64,000 bases of DNA from Cyanidioschyzon merolae. Lineage: Eukaryota. The number at the start of each line of letters is the position of its first letter. Within the stretch, counting starts at the first letter, position 1. Position numbers and translations under genes: made by a program. The stretch lies in the NCBI GenBank assembly GCA_000091205.1, contig AP006492.2. The stretch is one strand, 5' to 3'. Under the pieces are notes generated by a model. That model saw only the letters and a list, made by a program, of their open reading frames with translations. It searched no databases and was not told the DNA's origin. Positions 20,899-32,646 of the stretch are shown piece by piece.

Positions 20899-21899
20899 CT
20901 GCATGGCAGACGCTCGGACGATGGGTTTCATGGGCGCGTTCAGCTCCAAGCAATGGATTCAGAGGAGGAAGCGCACGCCCTTTGTTGTTGCCTGACTCGT
21001 AACCGAGAATGGGATTCTAAAGGTAACCGCATGTAAGCGTATAGATTCTGCGGACTTGATTGCATCACGTATCTGCCATGTTTACTGGGTCTGTTTGGAG
21101 AACAGCAAAAAGGACAAGGTATTCGAAGCATCTGCGGCAGGTGCCACACCAGATATTTATTTTGAGTGCCCTGTGCCGCTCGGGAAATTCCATCACAGGT
21201 GCCTATGATCGATTGTCGATTACACCATACCGAGTCCAGGTAGACAAGATAATATGTAAACCGTCCAGGAGGTGAATTGCCTGTGTATCTCGCTGGCAAG
21301 TATGTATGGCACTGGCCAGAATGTCGTTCTACATTCATTTACCCAGAACGACGGTGTACGCAAGCATGATATGATGATGGGTAGTAAACGATTTCACGGT
21401 TGAGCAACAGAGCTCCTATCGAAATCGTCTTCTTTCAGGTAAGTACTGACCACGAACGCGCCCCGGGTCTTTAGAACCTTTCAACGCTATTCTATTTCAT
21501 CCACGCTGACTGCAGTCAAATGCCTTTTGGCGCAGTGTATTGCATGAGACCAAGAACGATATCGAATGTAATCGATAGATAGAAGACGAATTGCGTGGAG
21601 GGTAAGTATATTCTACTGAAAAGTGTTACGAGGTTTGCATTGCTCCTTTGGGTCAGTCATACCTCAGTACTCTGATGCTTGAGGAACACTGAACGAAAGA
21701 CGTAGATGCACTCCGCTCGAAAAACCGATGGTCTTAAAGACTGCATGCGGACAATGGTAGAAAACACGACCTGCTTATCACCATAAAGAAAGCACAAGCG
21801 ACGATAATAGACGCCACGAGCGTCCCTGCGTCTCAACAGCTTATTCATGTCGTGGTGATAACACAGGGATACAGTCCCAGAAAAGAGTCCAAGTTCACG

Positions 21900-22760
21900 C
21901 AATGCCATATCCGACCGAAATCGCATCTACGAAAGGGTTCCTAGAACGTCGCTATCCGTCTAAAGCAGAAGAAGCTCGGTATGTTTTTTTGGTCGATGAG
22001 ACTTTCCTCGAACGGAATGGTCGGAGCGTACATGTGCATTCGCTGAGGGCACCGGTTGCATATACGATCGAATTCGAAGAGAACTAAGACGTCATCATCT
22101 TTCCTAGCTGCAATGGATTCATGTCGAGGCCTCAGTTTCGCAAGTTGAGATGGCTCATACAATAGCACCCTCTTCGTCGAATCATAGAAGACTTTTCGCT
22201 CAAGTCTGGCAACGTCCGCCTATTGAACAAGGCAGTATTTCACCATTGCCATTGCGTTTGGGCTTTTGCCAACGCAATCGAGATAGAACTGCCGTTCATT
22301 CCTCCGTACTCTCCTGGCTTCGATCCCACGGGAGAACTGTCTTCTATCATGAAACGTAATGATCAATCCACTGAACGAACCGCGGAAGCGTTCCGCACGC
22401 GGTGACACACTGGAGCACATTTCGTTTTCTTCTGCAATACCTCTACGCTCCGGAAATGTTCTCACCTTTGGGTGTAAACAATAACTTTCATTTTGAAAAA
22501 TAAGGAATGACCTGGGCTGTACACTTTTGAAGCTCAAGACGGAAGGCAGGCTGCGGGGCGCTTCGGCGAAAGAAAAGCACAGAGAGCCGAGAGAGCACCA
22601 AATGGCACGGAGAGCACGTGCTCGACGGCTCCTCGCATCGGAGAGTTCCACCAGATACAACAAACGCAAGGAGTTTATATGCGGAGACTACAACGGGGCC
22701 ATCAGTGTCAGACGATGTGCGGTGCTGGAGACAAAACCCGCGGAACTAAGGTGATCCGAC
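21900..22760 (+). mobile_element. Composite repeat copy A: IS630/Tc1-type DDE transposase remnant plus TnpB-type zinc ribbon/RuvC-III tail (degenerate)
   Basis: D1-like ARYVFLVDETFLERNG (ORF 21902..22087). D2-like LNKAVFHH, degraded from FDNxxxH. E-motif IELPFIPPYSPGFDPTGE, compared with IS630/Tc1 LPPYSPDLNPIE. LGC...LKLKTE zinc-ribbon remnant near 22500. Tail GDYNGAISVRRCAVLETKPAEL (ORF 22527..22754). The reading frame is broken. Confidence 0.6.
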
Positions 22761-23377
22761 TTAATGGGGCACCCTCTAAAGCTCTCGAAGTGTACACGGA
22801 TGAATGGAAGCTGGCGGCAGTCACCCGGTCGGAAAAAGGCTGGGAGGCGTCTGCGCGTGGATAGATATATTTACTATCTATCGACGTCAAACGTTTATCA
22901 TTTTACCGATCGTATAGAGCAGTCGCCTAAAGCAAGTGATACCCGCCGATGCGTCCCGCTACTTACTCTTGATCCCACATTCAGTGAGCACGAGTGCCTC
23001 ATGACCCGAGCAGCTCAAATATGCCTCCGAAACGACTGTAAGGAGAAACGAGCGATACACTGACTAACGAGCACAACCCTGCTTCCGTAACGACTGCATC
23101 GGTATACGAGCACACATAAAGCGTGAAACGGAGAAAATACGCTCTTACGGGATCCAAATACCCAGCCGGCTATGCGCCGCTGAAGAGCAAAGAAGCGCAC
23201 GGCACTCCGGAAAGCGACCTAACGGCGTAAGGTTGTCGTCAACACGCTCGCCTTTGCGAAAGTGGCAAGTCAGAGCGCTCCGACTCTTGGACAGGGTATC
23301 GTGGTCTTCTAGGTATCGACGATGTGGTGTGGCTTGCGTTGACTTTTCGGGTGTCTTCTACTGGAACTCGTATCCCG

Positions 23378-24859
23378 ATGCCGTTGGCGGCTTTTTCTGG
23401 TGTGCTTAGGGTTCCCGGTTGTCTCCGCTGCTGTGCGCGCTGGACACGAACCATAGACGAGTGCGTCTTTGTAAGGCGCTGCCGCTCGAGCAGAACTCCT
23501 TTGACACCCCTGCGGCCACTGGGGTGTGTTCGTCAGCAGGAGTCACATCAGCGACTGCAGGCTAGTCAAGACGTTCCAGAGCTGGTGCAGACGAGCGCGG
23601 AGGCGGCTGGAGCGGGACTCGTAGCTGCGGGGGCGTCGCGGTTGGCACCACCGCTGGTGCAGTGGCCGCAAGACACACCCCGAGCGCTGCTTCAGTATGT
23701 GAAACGAGAGGTGCTCGCTGTTGTGCCAGAACCAGACTTGTCGGCTGAGTACCTCTTCATGGAAGCGCTGAGACGGGCACAGTCCAGTGTTCAGATGCAG
23801 CACCAGCTGAAGCAGCTGCGGCAGCTGCGATACCAGCACCAGAGGTATGCAGCGCTCGGACTTGACGCTTCTCAGCGCGACTGGCTGGATGTTCTTCTGA
23901 TTCCGCCGCCATTGACCCTTCCAGCGTTCAGAGCTGCTGTGAATGCTTCGGGGAAGTTTTCGCCTGCGCGCCAGACAGTGCGAGAGGAGCAACATCCAGC
24001 GATGCATTGGGTAGAGACACTACGCGACGCTATTCGGGCCGAGTATCGAGAGCTTTGTATTCGTAGGCTTTCGCGAGAGCCCGTCCAATACATATGTGGT
24101 TCGTGGGCATTCCACTGCATCGAGTTGCTTCTACAGCCTCCTGTTCTGATCCCGCGACCCGAAACCGAGGAGCTCGTGGAGCATGTGCTGCGCAGCGACT
24201 GGGCCCAACGCGCACGAGCAGGTGAATCCCTGCGCCTTTTGGATATTGGGTGCGGCAGTGGAGCGATTGTGCTCGCGTTGTTGGCGAGTCTGCGGAACAC
24301 GAATGTAGCTGCAGTTGCCATTGATCCCAATGAAACTGCGGTTTGGATAACCGCGGAGAATGCACGTCGCCTTGGTGTTGCGCTCTACGCAGAGCGCGGC
24401 GATGCGGAGACGCTGCATCCATTCCTGCGTATCCTTCGGTGCGATATTCAGACATTCAAGTCGGATTTGCTGACGCAAGCTCGAGCGATGCGCGATAGCG
24501 GTGAACACGAGTTCACCTACGACCTCATTGTATCGAATCCACCCTATGTATTGCCTGGTGACATGGCGACGCTTGCGCCAGAGATTCGCGACTTTGAAGA
24601 CCCTGCAGCGTTATCGGGTCTTGATGAAGATGGCATGCGTATCATCCGAGCGATTTTGAAAGCGTGTGCTGAAGCGCCCAGTTTGCTGGCGCCTGGCGGT
24701 GAGCTGTGGATGGAGGTGGACCCCTCGCAACCGCCAAAGATTGCTTCATTGCTCGCAGCGACTGCGAGTGCTGCTTCTTCCGTTACGTTGGAACTAGTCG
24801 ATGTGAAGCGGGATCTTTCGGGGCATGAGCGCTTTGTGCACATCCGACGGCCACGTTGA
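23378..24859 (+). CDS. HemK/PrmC-family protein-(glutamine-N5) methyltransferase with an N-terminal extension, likely organellar (MTQ1-like)
   Basis: SAM-binding LDIGCGSGAIVLAL and catalytic NPPY in IVSNPPYVLPGDMATLAPEIRDFEDPAALSGLDEDGM. First in-frame ATG at 23378; the track ORF starts at GTG 23324. Confidence 0.75.
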   Translation: MPLAAFSGVLRVPGCLRCCARWTRTIDECVFVRRCRSSRTPLTPLRPLGCVRQQESHQRLQASQDVPELVQTSAEAAGAGLVAAGASRLAPPLVQWPQDTPRALLQYVKREVLAVVPEPDLSAEYLFMEALRRAQSSVQMQHQLKQLRQLRYQHQRYAALGLDASQRDWLDVLLIPPPLTLPAFRAAVNASGKFSPARQTVREEQHPAMHWVETLRDAIRAEYRELCIRRLSREPVQYICGSWAFHCIELLLQPPVLIPRPETEELVEHVLRSDWAQRARAGESLRLLDIGCGSGAIVLALLASLRNTNVAAVAIDPNETAVWITAENARRLGVALYAERGDAETLHPFLRILRCDIQTFKSDLLTQARAMRDSGEHEFTYDLIVSNPPYVLPGDMATLAPEIRDFEDPAALSGLDEDGMRIIRAILKACAEAPSLLAPGGELWMEVDPSQPPKIASLLAATASAASSVTLELVDVKRDLSGHERFVHIRRPR

Positions 24860-25300
24860 GTGCCTGGCCTCCATTACGCAGGCTGGTGGGTCGCAGCGCG
24901 CGAACACGGCACTAGCGTGCCCCCTGTGCAGGCAGCTTGCTGTGCGACCCAGCCTGCACGATACCTCGGCAATGAGCTCGCTAACGCACAAGGATTGGCC
25001 CTGTTGGTTGTTCTTTCCTGAGCAGACAAGCATCCCGTAACATCAACGTTGGGGAAATTGCTAGCGCTCGATTCAGAGCCCGAATCAGAGCCCTTGAACA
25101 GTATCATGAAGCATGTGGTCGCCCTGCGCTTGAACACGCCGATGACTCCACAGTTCCTAGACGAGACCTGCTGTTGCGTAGACGCTCTCGAAATCGCCCT
25201 GCAGCTGCCACGCTCAGCAGCATACACCAGAAAGCTCGGCTTCAGCTCCTGATTCGGCATCATCTTTGCATGAAGGTTTTGCAAATACTCGTGGAAAGCC

Positions 25301-25324
25301 GCGGCGGCGGCGGCGGCGGCGGCG
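25301..25324. repeat. (GCG)8 microsatellite
   Basis: gcggcggcggcggcggcggcggcg seen directly. Confidence 0.9.
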
Positions 25325-25544
25325 AGAATGCCTGGACCCAGAGCGCATCTCTGCGTCTGGCGCTGTATTCCCCACGAAGGCCGTTATCTCGCCAGCAAAA
25401 GGTGCTTGGAGCCTGCGTCTCGCTCAGCAATAGCGTATGATTCGCATTCGATATACCCAGAACAAGACGGTTCGAAAGCCGTCGCTGCATGTCGCGGAGG
25501 TTTCGCTCACGCAAGCGGGAGTCTTCGCGCGTGCGCTTCTGCGC

Positions 25545-26459
25545 TCAAGGACAGGACGACCAGTTACTGGCGAGGAAGCCTGCTTCTCGAAGCAAACGCT
25601 GTACGGATGTGACGATGTGATCGACAGGCTGGTCCGCAGATACGCAATACTGGCGATCTGCTGGAAGTCGTTGGCGAAGCGGCAGCGTCTCCTGCACGTA
25701 TACCTTAAAGCGTCGTTTGAGCGTTGGCGTGAGGTCATCGTTGCGATGGCGTTGCTGAGCGCGCCGCAGTGCTACGCTGAAAGGCAGGTCTAACCAAAGG
25801 AGCACGAAGCACGGATACGCGGTGAGGGTCCGCTGAACGCTCGTTTCGAAGGCCTGCCAATTCTCGTGGTTTCTGGGGAACCCATCGACGATAACCGTCC
25901 GCTGGTCTGAGCTTGTCGACGTGCTCCAACAGCGTTCCAAAGCGCTGTTCAGCAGCGTTGCTGTGATCTCGCTGGGAGCGATGCGATCACCGACGAGCAG
26001 CAGATTCTCCAGTTCTCGCGACTGGTCAGCCGTCACCAGTGGACTTGTGCCGGAGGCAGCTTCGCGGAGTAGGTCACCGACGTTTAAGTGTCGCCAATTG
26101 TGCAGCTCAGAGAGCTTCTTCGCAAGGGTGCTCTTCCCTGCCCCTGGCGCTCCGAGCAGGAATAAAAGTCTCAGAGACTGGGCGCAAGTCATGGGGAACG
26201 CGCCAAACGGCAACTCTTGTCCTGGAACTGCAACAGCACCGAGCGCTCTACGAGACTCGCTCTGCGAGAGCCTAGTTGCAGGCCGGCTGAGGTAGTTTGC
26301 TGGGGGCAACGGGTGATCTACTCCAAAGCGCGTGATCGGTAGGTTTTGCTGGCCTCCTGGCACCGGTTTACGCCGAAGCATCCCATGAAATGCTCCGTTC
26401 AACGGCACAAAGGCAATGCGAGCGTGCAGTGGAGCACACTCGCACTGCCTGCTCTGCAT
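25545..26459 (-). CDS. Adenylate kinase / UMP-CMP kinase family protein with an N-terminal extension of about 100 aa
   Basis: P-loop LFLLGAPGAGKSTLAKKL. Adenylate kinase family signature IVDGFPRNHENWQAF. LID/CORE region KRRFKVY. ATG start at 26457-26459. Confidence 0.7.
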   Translation of the reverse strand: MQSRQCECAPLHARIAFVPLNGAFHGMLRRKPVPGGQQNLPITRFGVDHPLPPANYLSRPATRLSQSESRRALGAVAVPGQELPFGAFPMTCAQSLRLLFLLGAPGAGKSTLAKKLSELHNWRHLNVGDLLREAASGTSPLVTADQSRELENLLLVGDRIAPSEITATLLNSALERCWSTSTSSDQRTVIVDGFPRNHENWQAFETSVQRTLTAYPCFVLLWLDLPFSVALRRAQQRHRNDDLTPTLKRRFKVYVQETLPLRQRLPADRQYCVSADQPVDHIVTSVQRLLREAGFLASNWSSCP

Positions 26460-27204
26460 TGCCTGTATCTTAGACGCATGCCTTGGTGGTGGCGATTGGG
26501 ATGCTCAGAGCTATACGGGGTGCTTATTCGACGGACACTGTCGATCCATTTGGAAGAAATCCATTTGTTCGATGTACGCTTAAGAGCATCCGATCGGACG
26601 CTGAGCGTAAATTCGTACGAGGATCGTTTCCATGTTGCACAGGCTTCTCGCTGGAAGCATCATGTATCGCCACAGTGATGTAGCGCTTTTGAAGGAGCAC
26701 AGATTTCCTCTCTGATAATCAGCAGCGCTTGCCCGTCATCGTAGCGACTCGAAATGGATTCTGTGACCTTATCCGATACAAAGAAGCATTGCCACCGAAT
26801 AGCGGTACATGCGTTGTCCGTGCATGACAATCTTGTTCGATGAAATTGGAGCGGATTGAATCAGCGAACACAACAGTATACGCTAGAGTTCGGATCTCTT
26901 CTAATTGCCATGAACGCGAGCCTTTGCATTCTTTTTTCTTTCAGATTGCGAACGATGGATCTGGAGGCAGAGGAAAGACCGGCGTGTTTCGAGCAGGACA
27001 CATGAGAGCGATGAAAAGGAATAAGTCACAAAAAATCCCCCAAAATGCTGATGCTGATCACAGTCGTAGCAGACCTAAACCTCAGTATGTACACCCGAGT
27101 TAGGCAAGTAAACGCTTCTCCAATTAATGCTGAAGTTATTGAAGAAATCCATGATCATCATAGCGCAGGCTGCACGGCAGTCGCTCCGGCATGATCCGTG
27201 CGTT

Positions 27205-27240
<36 letters not shown>
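27205..27240. repeat. (GCAC)9 microsatellite about 230 bp upstream of the SNF2 gene start
   Basis: gcacgcacgcac... seen directly. Confidence 0.9.
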
Positions 27241-27243
<3 letters not shown>

Positions 27244-27474
27244 TTGGTAACGAGCTGTACATTTGGCGGGTTTTCTATCGGTATCGGCAAGCAAGGCTGG
27301 AGCAGCGTTCGAGCGCCTCTAGCGTTGTTGTCAGACTTGCATGCCTGTTTTGGGGGAGGCTCCAAATTCTAGTTTTCCTCGCACTTCGGTACCCAGAGGA
27401 GCTGTTGACAGCGTACATAGCTCTTGTGGACTGCCAGGAAGCGCGAAACGGGGGCACTAGCGTTAGGTTTCACC

Positions 27475-30024
27475 ATGGTTGACGTTGAGAAGACTGCGCG
27501 TACCGGAGACTCCGTCGACAGCGGCAGAGACGAGTCACGCAAGGAAGACGACGTTCTTGTCAAGCGGAGTGAACAAGATCAGGTCTCATTAACGGAAGAC
27601 GGACTGGTGGCGTCATATCCCGTAGGCGAGTGCTCTGAAAGAGACAACGGCGGCGGCGACACGGGAGACTGTTCGGTAACGGACCAGGGCGATCTCGAGG
27701 CCGGCACCAACAGCGCCACGCAAGCCGTAAAACGCCGAAGGTATGAGCATCTGGAGAGGCTGCTAAAAGCTGCCACTCTGTATACCAGTGTACTTTCAGA
27801 ACAGATTCGGCAACAGCAGGAACAGTATCGGCGGCGCGCGCATCAGCAGACCAGCACCCCTCACAACGAGCGCTCGAGCAAGCCCGGAAGCACCGCAGGC
27901 GAGAAGAAACTAAAAACACTCGTTGAAACTGCAGACAGAGAGCAGGTTGACGTGCGTCGGACGGAAGCGCGGGATGCCGGCGCGTTGCAGTTGCAAGAAT
28001 TTACCGGCGGTGTTCTCCGAGATTACCAGCTCGCCGGCCTCGAGTGGTTGGTTTCTCTCTATGAAAATGGCATCAATGGTATCCTAGCAGATGAAATGGG
28101 GTTGGGGAAGACGATTCAGTGTATTGCTTTGATCTGCCATCTCCGTGAAATGGGGGTTCAAGGCCCCTTCCTTATTGTAGGACCCCTGACTGTACTGCCG
28201 AACTGGATTTCCGAATTCCAACGCTTTGCGCCCAGTGTGTACGCCCTGCTTTATCACGGGACGAAGAGCGAACGCCAGTTACTTCGCAAACGGCACCTGA
28301 GTACACGCAACGGTGCATCAAACATGCCCGTCGTCATTACCAGCTACGAAATCGTCATGCGCGATCGAGTCTACCTCAGCAAATATCACTGGGCATACAT
28401 CATTATCGATGAAGGTCATCGTATCAAAAACATGGACTGCCAGCTGCTGCGAGAGCTCCAAAGTTACACTTCAGCGAATCGCTTGTTGATAACCGGCACA
28501 CCGCTGCAGAACAACCTGGATGAACTGTGGTCGCTGCTCCACTTTCTAATGCCTGACATTTTCGACTCAGTTGAGCTCTTCCGAGAATGGTTCGATTTTG
28601 GGAATGATATCGCGGCTGGTGCCCTCGAAAGACAACAAGAGGACGCCATCGTGTCGAAGCTGCATATGATCCTGCGTCCATTCATGCTTCGCAGACTAAA
28701 AAGCGATGTGGAGAAAAAAATGCCGAAGAAACGCGAAATCTACTTGTTCGCTCCGTTAAGCGCCCTGCAGCGAGAGTACTACATGGCTATCATGCAGGAT
28801 AGGATCCATGAGCTTTTGAACGCCCGCTATGGTCGCGAATATACGCGCCCGCTCACCTTGCGCAACAAGTTCATGCAGTTGCGCAAAGTATGCTGCCATC
28901 CGTACCTGATCGCTGAGCCCGAGGAGAACTTCACTGATGGCGCCTACCCGATCACTGATGAGCGACTCGTTCACGCAGCTGGGAAGCTGGCCCTGGCTGA
29001 TCGCCTGCTACCTCGTCTTCGAGCGCGAGGCCACAAAGTGCTACTTTATTCACAGTTCACCTCGATGCTCAATATTCTGGAAGATTATCTGCAACTGCGT
29101 GGCCACAAATACGCTCGCATCGATGGTTCGGTGAAATTTGAGGATCGCATTCGGCAGATGGAGGCGTTCAACTCTCCCGATTCGGAGATCTTCATTTTCT
29201 TAATGAGCACACGAGCCGGTGGACTTGGACTCAACCTCCAAGCCGCCGACACGGTGATCTTCTACGACAGCGACCCGAACCCGCAAATGGACCTGCAGGC
29301 CATGGACCGTTGCCATCGAATTGGCCAACGCAAACCGGTGCACGTGTATCGTCTGGTCACACCCAACTCAGTCGAGGAGCGCATGCTGAACCGAGCTGTA
29401 GAGAAGCGTAAGCTTGAGCGGCTCGTTGTGACCCGCGGTCACTTTTACTGCGATGCAACCCATGCGTCGCTGCAGGCACCGTCCGCGCCGTCAGCGTCGA
29501 ACGCAGGTCCATCGACGACTCCCGATGAGAATCGAAATCCCAGCCAGACGGTATCCAGTTTTGATGAAGCATTGGTGCAGAAACTGAGCGCACTGGAGGA
29601 GAACCTTCTCGACCTGGATACCATCGCGTCCAAGGAACAAGTAGAGCGGATTTTGGAAGAGCTGGTGAACTTTGTCCCGGCCGAGGCTGAGTACGGCAAT
29701 GGAGGTCAGATCACCGACGCAGACCTCGATGCGTTGATGGATCGGGAGGAAATGATCGATCAGGAGGCCGAGTCGCATGCGGATGCCGAATCGCTACCTT
29801 TGCAGGAATCAGCATCCACGCAAGCATCGCAAACGAGTCGCTCGTGTCGTCGGAAACGCGCAGCTATGGACGCGAATGAGGCAGCTCCTCTGAACCTGAG
29901 CGAGACGACCGACGCTGATGGTATCCAGACGAAGACAGATGCAGTTGTGTTTCGGCGTCAGATCGCCCAGGGTCGCGGTTACCAGATTTTCGAGTCCGGT
30001 GGCGAATCGAAACTCTTTCAATGA
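27475..30024 (+). CDS. SNF2-family chromatin-remodelling ATPase of Lsh/HELLS/DDM1 type, about 849 aa
   Basis: DEXH box ILADEMGLGKTIQCIALICHLREMGVQGPFLIVGPLTVLPNW...RFAPS, close to remembered DDM1/HELLS (GLDGPYLVIAPLSTLSNW...RFTPS) rather than ISWI. IIDEGHRIKN. LLITGTPLQNNLDELWSLLHFLMPDIF. Helicase-C block MSTRAGGLGLNLQAADTVIFYDSDPNPQMDLQAMDRCHRIGQ. ATG at 27475; the track start at 27424 is TTG. Confidence 0.85.
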   Translation: MVDVEKTARTGDSVDSGRDESRKEDDVLVKRSEQDQVSLTEDGLVASYPVGECSERDNGGGDTGDCSVTDQGDLEAGTNSATQAVKRRRYEHLERLLKAATLYTSVLSEQIRQQQEQYRRRAHQQTSTPHNERSSKPGSTAGEKKLKTLVETADREQVDVRRTEARDAGALQLQEFTGGVLRDYQLAGLEWLVSLYENGINGILADEMGLGKTIQCIALICHLREMGVQGPFLIVGPLTVLPNWISEFQRFAPSVYALLYHGTKSERQLLRKRHLSTRNGASNMPVVITSYEIVMRDRVYLSKYHWAYIIIDEGHRIKNMDCQLLRELQSYTSANRLLITGTPLQNNLDELWSLLHFLMPDIFDSVELFREWFDFGNDIAAGALERQQEDAIVSKLHMILRPFMLRRLKSDVEKKMPKKREIYLFAPLSALQREYYMAIMQDRIHELLNARYGREYTRPLTLRNKFMQLRKVCCHPYLIAEPEENFTDGAYPITDERLVHAAGKLALADRLLPRLRARGHKVLLYSQFTSMLNILEDYLQLRGHKYARIDGSVKFEDRIRQMEAFNSPDSEIFIFLMSTRAGGLGLNLQAADTVIFYDSDPNPQMDLQAMDRCHRIGQRKPVHVYRLVTPNSVEERMLNRAVEKRKLERLVVTRGHFYCDATHASLQAPSAPSASNAGPSTTPDENRNPSQTVSSFDEALVQKLSALEENLLDLDTIASKEQVERILEELVNFVPAEAEYGNGGQITDADLDALMDREEMIDQEAESHADAESLPLQESASTQASQTSRSCRRKRAAMDANEAAPLNLSETTDADGIQTKTDAVVFRRQIAQGRGYQIFESGGESKLFQ

Positions 30025-30799
30025 CCCCTTTTTGTCTTTCGCTCGCTCTTTCTGTGTATTTGTGTTTGCGGGTAGCAAGTGCAGGAACCGACGACTCAAG
30101 GGCGCGGGATGACCGTCAAAGACCTGCGCTGCGCTCTATGTTGCGTACCCGTTCCAGCGTGTGAGCGTCGTCGTAAAAATCGCATGTCGCTGCAAATATG
30201 TCTGAAACGACTGCGCTGCTCTTCGTTCGTATGGTAGAGGATCGATGCATCCAGTCGGATTTCGCTGGTTACGCCAGCGCTATCCGTATACAGACATGAG
30301 CCAGCTCAGCGCTTCTGAAGATGCTTCTGTGTACCACGTGGTCGAGTTTCGTATGCTCCGGGCGTGCGCTTCTCGGTTTATGGAGCAAACCCCTGGCTCC
30401 GCTGATGATCACGCGTGCGAGGTCGCAGGCGTCACGCCTCTACAGCGACGGTTCATACAAACGGAAGACTGACGTACTTGGAGTATGCTTGGATTTCGGT
30501 CATGTCACACTTGGTTTGGATGAGCGGGCTCGTTATTCAACGTGCATGCATAAGGGGTCAAGGATCCATATATGGTTTTAGAATTGTTCTGGTCGTGTTT
30601 CCGGAGTGGTGGAATTCGACGATTTGCATCAGAATGCGAGACATCACGGTTATCAAAATGGTTTGCGACGTGCTCGAGCCAGGGTTCCTAAAACGATCGA
30701 TATGGTTATGCACTTTATGTATGTGCGGATCTTGATTCTTCGGCTTTTCTCGCGCGTAGCATGCCCAAATGACGCACTTTTGAACGTTTCGATTCTGCT

Positions 30800-31650
30800 T
30801 CGGTTTCAGCGCATCGATGAGGAAAAAATACTCGATGTCGTCCCTTGACAACTTGTTCTCAAGAGCATTCCGAAAGCCCCTGCCCCGCAACATACACCCT
30901 TCAATAATCCGTTTCGTTTAAGAGACCTCTGCCCTGTGTTTGTGTTCATCGGGGACACGGCATTCGCCAGCACCATGATACTTATTGCCGCACATGCACC
31001 CAGAGGCTGCTGTCCTTCTGGTTTCATGAAGATAGGTCGCGGACTTGGGTCATTGCGGAGATCGCTTCCAGCGGAGCGTGCGTCACTGCTTTGCAAGAAG
31101 CGAGCAGACGCGAAGCGAAATTTTCGGACTTGTTCTCGAGCCTGGATTCCCCTGCCGATGCTCGTTTGGTTACGGATGATACCGTGCGCCACAGGTCCTC
31201 GATCGAATGGGACAGCTTACTCACCTGGGAGTCGCCCGAAACAATCCCACCGTTGAAGGGTGCTCCACGAGGCCCGGAACCGGAAAACGGTATCAACGGG
31301 AGGCTTCTGTACCCGTCAGGGGCATGTAGCGAGCGACGAATCAGGCGTAGACGCTCCACAGGGCGACACTCAGAGCAGGACCAGAACGGTGAGGAAATCT
31401 CGCAGGCACACTGGAAAACCTAACCACAGTCAAGTATTGTGGCTGCGAAGGGCGCACCGCACCCGTATGCGAAGAAAATGAACATGCTAAGCGAAACATA
31501 GATCTCGGCTTCTGCATGTGCATCAAACAAGTCGACAACTGCCAGAAGCCACGAAATCGGGACTCTATGCTGCCATGAGAGTCGCTCGAGTGGCGACGAT
31601 GGATCCACATTGGAAATGAGAGTAGGTGTGTTGAAATCCTTAAATATCTG
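30800..31650 (+). mobile_element. Composite repeat copy 1 (DDE remnant plus zinc-ribbon/RuvC-III remnant), degenerate
   Basis: D1-like MFVFIGDTAFASTMI (ORF 30936..31256). D2-like ARLVTDDTVRHRSSIEW (ORF 31091..31423). Downstream C-x-C...CMC...QKPRNRDS (about 31.45-31.60) is homologous at nucleotide level to copy 4. Minus-strand ORFs 30806..31192 and 31024..31359 are antisense shadows. Confidence 0.55.
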
Positions 31651-32646
31651 AGCGGTATTGGACATAATCGTGGAGAAAATCCGACAAGGCTGGCGTTGAT
31701 GATAACGGAAAGAGACTCAAACATATTCGAAAACGTATGTTTTGGTTGTCCGTTTGCAATTGACTCTAACAAGGATGGAAAAGGCTGCAGTGATGAAGGC
31801 TCTACTCGCAGCGGGTACGCGTTCCTGTCTGAAGCCAGTGACACGCAAATGCGTACGTAGAAGCGCGTAGCGCCTTTCGAGGAATCCATCCTCCACCATT
31901 AGAAATGCCTCGATGTGCACTGGAGGTCTGGATAAACCGCGAGATGCCTAGATGTTGCTCCACACAACGCTGTCCGTGATCCGTGGATAAACCTCAGGCG
32001 GACCACTGGCACGAACCTGTGTACCTCTTAGCATCGCTCATTTCGACCTCGAGCTGACACTCAAAAACGTGCTACATAGCCGTTTCGTCTCCTACCGCGT
32101 CCGCAGCATTGATCCAGATGTCAGAGCGGGCGCGCACAACAGGCTCGGCACCTGTAGACTCGTTCGAGCAAACCATCAGCCCGATTTGAAGCCTGGTCCA
32201 GGTTAAGCGGAACTTGAAGGTCTGGAGCAGACTGTAGCGCTGGTCGCCTCTCTATGCGCCAGTGAAAATCGTGTATCCCGGGCATCCCAGAGTCCGGGCA
32301 TCGATCTGATACCATCGAAACGATGCGCCAAGCGGGGCAAGCCATGCGCTCGAGAACTTGCCAGGCCCTGCTTCGTGCGCAGCTGAACGATCCTCAGGCT
32401 TAGGCAGCCTTTTCTACAATGGAGTGGAGCATCGCGCCATACCTGGATCTATATTCGAATCGGATTCGGATAGACTGCGGCGGGCTCCATGTTCATATAG
32501 TCTTTTGCTGCAATAGAATTGAGCATCGCACCATATCTGAATACATATCCGACTTGAATCTGGATACACTACGAGACCAGCACAGTATTCCATCCAGGTT
32601 CCAGACGAGCTGCCGCTGCGCCTCTGTGACTGCAGCGGCATCTGCC

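Noticed and set aside
31024-31359. An apparent small protein family sharing KAVTHAPLEAI(A/S)AMT, found in minus-strand ORFs 31024..31359 and 60444..60875 and echoed on the plus strand at 44951..45361 (PREAIASMTKDG).
   Set aside because: These are antisense-frame translations of the conserved nucleotide core of the composite repeat copies. The sense strand there reads as DDE transposase remnants (ACVTALQEAS ...). They are not genes.
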